From Eubacteriales bacterium (lineage in GTDB: Bacteria > Bacillota > Clostridia > Christensenellales > Aristaeellaceae), in assembly GCA_031549905.1 (NCBI GenBank), contig JAVBPC010000076.1, forward strand, positions 669-64,668: 64,000 bases of DNA. The letters run 5' to 3'. Position numbers and translations under genes: made by a program. Positions 28,375 through 35,612 of the stretch are shown piece after piece. Below the pieces are notes generated by a model. That model was not told where the DNA came from, ran no database searches, and saw nothing but the letters and a program-made list of their open reading frames with translations. Position 1 is the first letter of the stretch. Each line of letters begins with the position of its first letter.

Positions 28375-29585
28375 TCCTCCAGGTACATGGCCGCCATGCG
28401 CGCAATATCGTTGCGGAAGCGGTTCACGACCTCTTCGCTGCTGCTTTCCAGCGACAGGATACGCCCGCAAAATGTCTTGATCCAGGGGGACATCTCGCAT
28501 ACATCGTAGGCTACTTTGGTGTAGCGCACGGTCTGTGCGTCCAGCCGCTCCACCGCACCGCCCCGCCCCTCGCGGATCAGGCGGTCCTGCACATACTGTT
28601 CCGTGCGCTCATCGATGCGCAGCGTCATGCACAGCGTATCGCCAAACCTGGCCCGGCTGAAACTGACGCCCCAAAGCTTGTCATAGCACCCGGCAAGCTT
28701 TTGCCGCAGCGCGGGCGCATCCGGGTAGGGCTCCAGCAATTTCACCGAAAAAGCGTAATCCAGCCGATAGCACGCAAAGCGCCTGCGTGCCGGGTGATAC
28801 GCGCAAACATACCGGCGGCCCGTGGCGGCACTGACGAAAATGCGAAGGGGCACCACGCAGGTTGCACCGGCGTGCCAGGCGCGGATGCTGCGGTTTTCAA
28901 AGGATACCGCGCGGTTTTCGCGGATGGCTTCAAGCATCGTCAGCAGCACCCCGCTTTCCAGTGTGTGCACGATGTAATGGTGCTTGTAGCAAAAAAGACT
29001 GTTGCTCCGCCCGGCGTTATCCAGCAGAAAGCTGCCAATTTCACCGAAGGGCGCCGCACCCTGGAAGAAAGATACGGCATCCCAAAGCGAATCGGAATCC
29101 GGCGCCATGGGGGATAGTGAGTACACCAGCGCCCTGCCCTGCTTTTCGGCGCGCAGCAGCCCCATGCGGACATACTCACTTAACTTGTTGCGCACGGTTT
29201 GAATGTCGAAAACCCGCCCGCCGCGCGCGCAGACCGCGTCACACAGCGGCTCCACCGCCGACGCGCTCTCCCGCAGGCAGTCCAGCAGCAGGAAGTGCAG
29301 CAGCACATCGTTGTCGGTGAAGCTCTTGGATTTCCACGCGCTGTACAGCGGGTTTTCCGATAACTCGGAAGCATCCAACGATACAAAAACGCGCTTGCCG
29401 CCGCTGCCGTACGTCCAGCGCATGGCGCTGCCCAGGTAGCTTTCAATGCGCCGCCGTTCGTTGTCGTATGTGCGGGCGGATTTTTGCCGGAAGTCGGTGC
29501 GCGATTTGAAGCCGTAAACATAGAAATCCCGCATGTACTCGCGGATCTTCTCAAAGCTGCGGGTCAGTTCCGAAAAGGCAGCCAT
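28371..29585 (-). CDS. WYL-domain protein (putative regulator), first of a tandem pair
   Basis: 404 aa. WYL-like core VPLRIFVSAATGRRYVCAYHPARRRFACYRLDYAFSV. It is divergent from rtcB with a 143-bp shared intergenic region. Confidence 0.55.
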   Translation of the reverse strand: MAAFSELTRSFEKIREYMRDFYVYGFKSRTDFRQKSARTYDNERRRIESYLGSAMRWTYGSGGKRVFVSLDASELSENPLYSAWKSKSFTDNDVLLHFLLLDCLRESASAVEPLCDAVCARGGRVFDIQTVRNKLSEYVRMGLLRAEKQGRALVYSLSPMAPDSDSLWDAVSFFQGAAPFGEIGSFLLDNAGRSNSLFCYKHHYIVHTLESGVLLTMLEAIRENRAVSFENRSIRAWHAGATCVVPLRIFVSAATGRRYVCAYHPARRRFACYRLDYAFSVKLLEPYPDAPALRQKLAGCYDKLWGVSFSRARFGDTLCMTLRIDERTEQYVQDRLIREGRGGAVERLDAQTVRYTKVAYDVCEMSPWIKTFCGRILSLESSSEEVVNRFRNDIARMAAMYLEE

Positions 29586-29728
29586 GTGCGCATCACTCCC
29601 CCAGCAAAAGTGTATCGCAGATGCCCAATATTTTCAAGTTCGCAAACTTTTTTAGAAGATAAACGCACCTGCGGCTGGTAAGATGTGCCCATCGAAAGCA
29701 AAGCGCAACGGAAATGGAGGGCGATACC

Positions 29729-30961
29729 ATGATCATCATCGAAAAAGCAGACCGGCAGGTACCCATCAAGGCATGGATTGACAGCGAAAACAGCGTAGAG
29801 GAAAGCTGCCTGGAGCAGGCGTACCACTTGGCGTCACTGCCCTTCATTCACAAATGGGTGGCGCTGATGCCCGATACCCACACCGGCATGGGCATCCCGA
29901 TTGGCGGCGTTATTGCCACCGACGGGGCCATCATTCCAAACGCCGTGGGCATGGATATCGGCTGCGGCATGGGGTTTATCGGCACGGACCTGCCTGTCGA
30001 GGTTTTAAAGGAAACGCAAACCGGCAGCGGCAGCCTGGTACAGACCATCGTGGGCGATCTGCTGCGCAGCATCCCCGTGGGCTTTTCCCACCACAAGAAA
30101 AGCCAGCCCTGCGGGACGCTGGACCGGGCGCGCGAAGAGATGGAGAAGTACGAAGCAAACCCGGAGCTGGTGGAGCAGATCGAAGCCGGTTACCGTCAGG
30201 TCGGTACGCTGGGCGGCGGCAACCATTTCATCGAACTGCAGGAGGATGACGAGGGTCTGCTGGGCATCATGGTGCATTCCGGCTCCCGCAACTTCGGCAA
30301 GCGCATCTGCGATACGTTCCATTTGGCCGCGCGCGAGCTAGCCGCCAAAATGGACGGCGCGGCGCCCGATGACTGGCGGATGGCGCATTTGCCGCTGGAT
30401 AGCGCGGCGGGACAGCAGTACATCCACTGGATAAACCTTGCGCTTGACTTTGCCGCCGAAAACCGCGCGCGGATGATGGCCGTGGCGCAGGAAGTGCTGG
30501 AGCGCACCGTCGCCAAATACACCGCGGCAACGTTTGGCTACACGCGGCACATCAACTGCCACCACAACTACGCCGCGCTGGAGCGCCACTACGGCAAGGA
30601 TGTGTGGGTGCACCGCAAGGGCGCAACCCGCGCGCTGGCTGGAGAGGCGGCGGTAATCCCCGGCGCGATGGGCTCGTACAGCTATGTGGTGGAGGGGCTT
30701 GGCAACCCGGAAAGCTTTTGCTCGTCATCCCACGGCGCGGGCCGCCGCTACGGCCGGAAAGCCGCGCTGGCGAAGTTTTCTGCCGAGCAGGTGATGGTCG
30801 ATCTTAAGGCGCAGGGCGTCATCCTTGCCAAGCACAACAAGGCCGATGTGGCCGAGGAAAGCCGCTTCGCTTACAAAGATATTGATGAAGTAATGGGGCA
30901 GCAGCGCGACCTGGTGCGGCCGGTCAAGCGGCTGAAAACCATCGGCGTTGTGAAAGGGTAA
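29729..30961 (+). CDS. rtcB: RNA 3'-phosphate/2',3'-cyclic-phosphate-5'-OH ligase RtcB
   Basis: RtcB hallmark blocks are present: MPDTHTGMGIPIGGV, GCGMG, GGGNHFIELQ, HSGSRNFG, NCHHNY, HRKGATRA and SSSHGAGR. The start was chosen at ATG 29729 (RBS GGAGGG). Confidence 0.9.
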   Translation: MIIIEKADRQVPIKAWIDSENSVEESCLEQAYHLASLPFIHKWVALMPDTHTGMGIPIGGVIATDGAIIPNAVGMDIGCGMGFIGTDLPVEVLKETQTGSGSLVQTIVGDLLRSIPVGFSHHKKSQPCGTLDRAREEMEKYEANPELVEQIEAGYRQVGTLGGGNHFIELQEDDEGLLGIMVHSGSRNFGKRICDTFHLAARELAAKMDGAAPDDWRMAHLPLDSAAGQQYIHWINLALDFAAENRARMMAVAQEVLERTVAKYTAATFGYTRHINCHHNYAALERHYGKDVWVHRKGATRALAGEAAVIPGAMGSYSYVVEGLGNPESFCSSSHGAGRRYGRKAALAKFSAEQVMVDLKAQGVILAKHNKADVAEESRFAYKDIDEVMGQQRDLVRPVKRLKTIGVVKG

Positions 30962-31004
30962 TTTTTTGATGATAAGGGCGGTTTCGCCTTTATGATACCA
31001 CCTG

Positions 31005-31282
31005 TTCTCCTATCCGCAGGGCTCATGATGCCCTCGGGGTGCCCAAGGGTTCCGTACGGCATGCCGGAGAAACGGGTCTTGATCGCGGTAAAACCCGCGG
31101 CGAAAACTGTGTATATGAGGGTTCAATTCCCTCCCCCGAAAGGGGTAGCGTAATGGCACGCACACAGCCAAATGGTTAAGCTCAGAGGAGCCGGGGTTCG
31201 AATCCCCATCCAACCTGAAAAGGTTGACACACACCCCTGGCCGGCATCCGGCGCAACAAAGAGGGCATGCCCTTTTTGAAGC
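31005..31282 (+). ncRNA. Putative structured small RNA with tRNA-like D-arm and T-arm modules (candidate Y-RNA-like/YrlA-like tRNA mimic), own promoter and terminator
   Basis: Promoter-like TTGATG-N18-TATGAT lies at 30968-31000. Two T-arm-like hairpins carry T-loop consensus (GAGGG-TTCAATT-CCCTC at 31117-31133; CGGGG-TTCGAAT-CCCC at 31192-31207). There is a D-arm-like GTAGCGTAATGGCACGC at 31146-31162. Several short hairpins are followed by the intrinsic terminator GGGCATGCCC-TTTTTG at 31262-31282. No plausible ORF lies on this strand, and no complete cloverleaf (no matching acceptor stem) could be drawn. Confidence 0.35.
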
Positions 31283-31456
31283 GCAGCATCCGGCCTGCCG
31301 GGCGACGGGGATACCGCCCGCGCAAGCGCAGCCCATGGCCTTTCCGCCGCCAACTGGGGGCGGAAGGCAACCGGCTGCGGGAGGCGCGCGCTGAACCGAA
31401 GCCCCGCAGCCAGGATGCGGATGCCGGTCCCAAAGGGACAAAAAGGAGAGAAGAAA

Positions 31457-32545
31457 ATGAAGGCAATGATTCGGGAGAATGAGCGCGGGTTCCTGTTCCG
31501 CAAGGGCCTGTTTGTGAAGATGCTGGAGCCGGGCGAGCACCGGATTCTTAAAATGCGCGAGGAAACATGCGTGAAGGTGGCGGCGGATGGGCCGGTAGCG
31601 ATGCCGGGAGTGGAAATTGCGACCCTGCTTGGCGATGCGCAGTTTGCAAAGTGCTGCGCCCGCGCGCAGGTGGGGGATAACCAGCTGGCGCTGCACTACG
31701 TTGACGGCCGCCTGAAAGAGGCCCTTGGCGCGGGCGACTACCTGTTCTGGAACATCTTTCGTCAGCACACCTTTGAGCTGAAAGACCTGCGTCAGCCGCA
31801 GGTAACCGGGCTGACCGCCGCGCAGATGCGGGCGATCGCACCTTCCTTCTATGCAAAGCTGGAGGTGGAAAACGGCGCGTGCAGCCTGCTGTATTACGAC
31901 GGCGTGTTCCAGAAGCGGCTGCCCCCGGGCAACTATTATTTCTGGAATGGCGGCGTGAAGGTGCAGGCAACGGGTTATGATCTGCGCATGCAGGCGCTGG
32001 AGCTGACCGGGCAGGAAATACTGACCGCCGACAAGGTGATGCTGCGCGTCAACTTCGCGTGCACCTACCAGATCACCGACCCGGAGGCGCTTGCGGAGCA
32101 GGTTAAGGATCACAAGTCGCTGCTGCACACCACGGTGCAACTGGCCCTGCGCGAGCAGATCGGCCGGCTCAGGCTGGATGAACTGCTGGCGCAAAAGGAA
32201 GGCGTTGGCGTGGCCGTGTTGGCCAAATTGCGCGAAAAGGAGCAGGCGCTGTGCGCAGCGTTTGGCGGCGCGGGCATCAAGGATATCATCCTGCCGGGCG
32301 AGATTCGCGACATCATGAACACGGTGCTGATCGCCGAAAAGCGCGCGCAGGCCAACGTCATCGCCAGGCGCGAGGAGGCAGCATCCACCCGCGACCTGCT
32401 GAACACCGCAAAGCTGATGGATGAAAACGGAACGCTGTACAAGCTGAAGGAAATGGAGTGCCTGGAGAGGATTTGCGACAAGGTTGGCAACATTTCCGTG
32501 GGCGGCGGGGCGCTGCTGGGCCAGCTGAAAGGGTTGCTGGTATAA
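31457..32545 (+). CDS. SPFH/band-7 domain protein (second paralog in window)
   Basis: Start at MKAMIRENERGFLF (RBS AAAGGAGAG). SPFH-like core followed by a long coiled-coil C-terminus. It is preceded by a 175-nt leader with two 9-bp GC hairpins. Confidence 0.65.
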   Translation: MKAMIRENERGFLFRKGLFVKMLEPGEHRILKMREETCVKVAADGPVAMPGVEIATLLGDAQFAKCCARAQVGDNQLALHYVDGRLKEALGAGDYLFWNIFRQHTFELKDLRQPQVTGLTAAQMRAIAPSFYAKLEVENGACSLLYYDGVFQKRLPPGNYYFWNGGVKVQATGYDLRMQALELTGQEILTADKVMLRVNFACTYQITDPEALAEQVKDHKSLLHTTVQLALREQIGRLRLDELLAQKEGVGVAVLAKLREKEQALCAAFGGAGIKDIILPGEIRDIMNTVLIAEKRAQANVIARREEAASTRDLLNTAKLMDENGTLYKLKEMECLERICDKVGNISVGGGALLGQLKGLLV

Positions 32546-32561
32546 TCGGCGCCATACAACA

Positions 32562-32595
32562 CAAACGCCAGACGGGCATGCCGACTGGCGTTTGT
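32562..32595. terminator. Hairpin between convergent SPFH and LRR genes (possible bidirectional terminator)
   Basis: CAAACGCCAG-N14-CTGGCGTTTG 10-bp stem. Flanking T-runs are weak. Confidence 0.35.
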
Positions 32596-32600
32596 CATGC

Positions 32601-34622
32601 CTATTCGCGATAATCGCTTACGATCTTCACATCCGGCAGATTTACCTTGAGCAGCGCGATCTCTTCAAGGGTCAGCGCATCGTTTTCCGACAGATCAACC
32701 CATTCAAGCGCGGTCAGCGCGTACAGCGGCGACAGGTCGGAAACCAGGCAATCCCGGAGGCTGAGGGTTTGCAGGTTCACCATGCCGGCAAGCGGGGTTA
32801 GGTCACTCACCTGCGCGTGATCCAGATAGAGCGTATCCAGCAGCGTCAGCTTCGCAATCGGCGTGATATCGGAAAGATCGAAGTTGTAGGAGGCATCCAG
32901 GCATGTGAGCGCCGTAAGTCCCGCGATCGGCGAAAGGGCGTCAATTTCGCAGTTGCGGATATCAAGGTAGGTCAGCCCCGTCAGCGCGGAAAACGGCTCA
33001 AGGCTTTCAAGGCATATATCGGCCACTTCCAGGTAGCGCAGCGCGGGCATTTCAAGCAGCGGCGAGAAGTCCCGCAGCCCTATATTGTTTGATACGCCCA
33101 GCGATTTCAGGCGCGGAAGGCCGGCAAGCGGCGTCAGGTCTGTCACATAATTGAGCCACAGGTCCAGCGACTCCAAGGTTACAAGGCCGGAAAGCGGTGT
33201 AAGGTCCGTGATATCGTTGTCGCTCAGATCAAGCCATGTAAGCGCCGTAAGCCCAGCAAGCGGCTCAATTCCTTCATCGCCTAGCATGCAGTACGCCAGG
33301 TCCAGTTCGTCAACGTTCAGCGGGACCGCCATGGTTTCATCCCCGATCTGGATCGATACCGTTTCGCTATCGACAAAACCGCCGGGCGTGCCTTCCCATT
33401 TTGCGCTGCCATCCAATGGCACGGTGGTAAACTGCTGTTCCCCCGTCCACCAATCGGTGACCGAGTAAAACACCGCCGCGCCTTCCCCGACGCCGTAGGA
33501 GCCCAGATACTCCGCGGGGCCGGCATCCAGCCTGTACAGCGGCGTGCCGTCATACGCGTGCAGCACAAGCTCCGCGCGCTCAAGATCATGCGGTTCAAAG
33601 GAGGCGTCGTGATACCACACGGCCAGCCCGTAGGGCGTGGCGAAATACAGGTCGGAATCGATGGAAAGCGGCGCGTGTCCGCCCTTTTCGGCATCAAATC
33701 CGTATAGCGCGCCGAACAGGATGCGCGGCCAATCCATATCCGAAAAGGGCAGCGTAAACCCGTCATCCAGGTTTTGGTAGACGATGTGCGGCCCCTGTGA
33801 AACCAGCCCGCGCACGCCGCATTCGGTCAGCTTTTCAAGGCCGGTGCCATCCAGGTTTACGCGGTAAAGCCTGGGGTACGAAAGATCAAGCATTTCGTTC
33901 TCATCGTCGCTCACGCAGCTTACAAAGGGTACATCGGCATAGGTTTTGACATCGTTCAGGTTCGCGAAATAGATCGCGCCGTCGTGGTATACAAACTCCG
34001 TTGCGGCGACGCCTTCTATTTCCTGTACGTCGCCGCCATCCATTTCGCAGGTGTACAGCGTGCCGGTCGGCCCGGAAAACAGCAGGCGGCCGCTGTCCGC
34101 CATGCGCAGGATCGGCCCCGCGTACGGCGCACGGTCCGCTGAAACGCGCGGCTCATCCGGCACGCCCAGCCACATGGTTTCCATATAGTCTTCCCCAAAG
34201 AAGCGCACGCCGACGTCTTCCTCTTCTCCCCCAAAGCCCGCGCCGCTGATCAGGTACGCCCAGTCATCGCCATCGACAATCAGGTAATAGGGGGGCGTGT
34301 CCTCGTAATCTTCCCACTCATTATCCCATACCGCGTTGTCATACCAGGACCATCCGGTAGCGCATTCGACGATCATCCAGGGGTCAAGCGGAGATACGCA
34401 CACCGCGCCGCGCCCGGTAAGCGCCAGCGAAGCGCCCAAAATATACGAGCTGGGGATGCCCTCCCCTTCCAGCGGCTGCCCCTCGCCAAGCCCTTGCGGG
34501 GTTTGCAGCCTGGAAATGCGCGGATTCCCCGCGGCGGGCGTTGCTTCCTGCGCAAAACCCTGGCAGGTGGCCAGCAGCAAAAAGGCGGCCAGGGCAATGC
34601 AAGTCATCTTTCTCAAACGCAC
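32601..34622 (-). CDS. Secreted leucine-rich-repeat (internalin-like) protein with N-terminal DUF5050-like domain
   Basis: GTG start at 34622 (RBS AAGGAGG) gives the signal peptide MRLRKMTCIALAAFLLLATCQGFAQEA. The C-terminal about 250 aa are 22-residue LRRs (LxxLxxLDLSxNxITDLTPLAGL...). The N-terminal domain is paralogous to 37514-38692. Confidence 0.7.
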   Translation of the reverse strand: MRLRKMTCIALAAFLLLATCQGFAQEATPAAGNPRISRLQTPQGLGEGQPLEGEGIPSSYILGASLALTGRGAVCVSPLDPWMIVECATGWSWYDNAVWDNEWEDYEDTPPYYLIVDGDDWAYLISGAGFGGEEEDVGVRFFGEDYMETMWLGVPDEPRVSADRAPYAGPILRMADSGRLLFSGPTGTLYTCEMDGGDVQEIEGVAATEFVYHDGAIYFANLNDVKTYADVPFVSCVSDDENEMLDLSYPRLYRVNLDGTGLEKLTECGVRGLVSQGPHIVYQNLDDGFTLPFSDMDWPRILFGALYGFDAEKGGHAPLSIDSDLYFATPYGLAVWYHDASFEPHDLERAELVLHAYDGTPLYRLDAGPAEYLGSYGVGEGAAVFYSVTDWWTGEQQFTTVPLDGSAKWEGTPGGFVDSETVSIQIGDETMAVPLNVDELDLAYCMLGDEGIEPLAGLTALTWLDLSDNDITDLTPLSGLVTLESLDLWLNYVTDLTPLAGLPRLKSLGVSNNIGLRDFSPLLEMPALRYLEVADICLESLEPFSALTGLTYLDIRNCEIDALSPIAGLTALTCLDASYNFDLSDITPIAKLTLLDTLYLDHAQVSDLTPLAGMVNLQTLSLRDCLVSDLSPLYALTALEWVDLSENDALTLEEIALLKVNLPDVKIVSDYRE

Positions 34623-34635
34623 TTGTGATCCTCCT

Positions 34636-35583
34636 TTACAGACCTGGGTCAGGCAGCGCTCTTTGCAGGGCATCAAACCCGGTGATTTCATACAGCCCCA
34701 TCCAGGCATCCAGCAGCATGCCATCCTGGAATTCAAAGCCCGAGATGACCGTGCCATCCGCCAATGTAAAATAGTAGTTCAGGTAGTCGTCGGTATGGCC
34801 GTTTTTCACGTTTTCTTCCAGTACGGAGATATTGCAAAGCGCGTCAAACACTGCCTGAATCGTCGCGGGGTCCGTGCTGGTGACGGGTTCTCCGCTCCCT
34901 TCGCCGTCATGGCGCACGGATACGGAAACCGGAAAGTTTGTTTTGATGTTATCGACAAACCATGAAACCGTCAGGTCATCAAGGAACCAGAACAGCGGCA
35001 CGCCCCCTTCCACGACAGAAAAGGTATACACCGCGTTGTATGAATCGCCCAGGTTGATCACCCGCGTGCCGGGAATGATGGGGTCCTCAAACATGCGGGC
35101 GCGAATGTTTTTCAGGGAGAAATCCTCCACCGTGCCGTCGCTGCGCACCGCGTATTCGCCGATCAGCCCGGAGAACCCGGCGTACGGTACATCCCCGTAG
35201 TTCAGCGCGTCGTCTATCGCGGAAAAGGAGACCACGCACGCCACATCTTTGTAGTAATCCTGCCAGATTCGGCGCTGCACGGCCCCCGCGTTCTTGGGCT
35301 CATCGCCGATCAGGTACACGGTGGTCTGCACAATTTGCAGGTAGCAAATGCGCGACAGGGGGCCCGCGTCAGGGTCATCCGGCCCGCGCGAACAGGCATC
35401 CAGCAGGCTTTGCAGCGCAAGGTCGGCATACTGGGTGACCAGCGCCCGGGCCTGCGCATCGAGGGTGTCAATCGCCTCGCCGAACGCGCCCGGCAGCACA
35501 TGCCCGGATTCAGCCGCCCGCGCCGGGGCGCACAGGGCAAGCGCCAGCGCGCAAAGAACCAAAAGGGGACTCGATTTTCTCAT
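34636..35583 (-). CDS. Secreted hypothetical protein
   Basis: Start at MRKSSPLLVLCALALALCAPARA (RBS AGGAGG), a signal peptide with AXA site. No motif recognised. Confidence 0.5.
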   Translation of the reverse strand: MRKSSPLLVLCALALALCAPARAAESGHVLPGAFGEAIDTLDAQARALVTQYADLALQSLLDACSRGPDDPDAGPLSRICYLQIVQTTVYLIGDEPKNAGAVQRRIWQDYYKDVACVVSFSAIDDALNYGDVPYAGFSGLIGEYAVRSDGTVEDFSLKNIRARMFEDPIIPGTRVINLGDSYNAVYTFSVVEGGVPLFWFLDDLTVSWFVDNIKTNFPVSVSVRHDGEGSGEPVTSTDPATIQAVFDALCNISVLEENVKNGHTDDYLNYYFTLADGTVISGFEFQDGMLLDAWMGLYEITGFDALQRALPDPGL

Positions 35584-35612
35584 GTAACGCACCTCCTGTT
35601 TGCCATGAAGCA

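Noticed and set aside
31117-31217. Canonical tRNA gene(s)
   Set aside because: T-arm and D-arm consensus are present, but no 7-bp acceptor stem or anticodon stem could be paired for either module. The regions where anticodon stems should be are replaced by unrelated hairpins.
31019-31282. tmRNA (ssrA) hypothesis for the tRNA-like region
   Set aside because: It is too short (about 270 nt). There is no GGGG...CCCCACCA acceptor pairing. The only in-frame stop-terminated mini-ORF encodes ...ARTQPNG, not an Ala-rich degradation tag. Pseudoknot architecture is not evident.
31010-32194. 394-aa ORF on the minus strand overlapping the small-RNA region and the SPFH gene
   Set aside because: Arg/Pro/Gly-rich, low-complexity translation typical of antisense frames in high-GC DNA. 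It has no RBS. It overlaps a well-supported SPFH gene and a terminator-bounded RNA.
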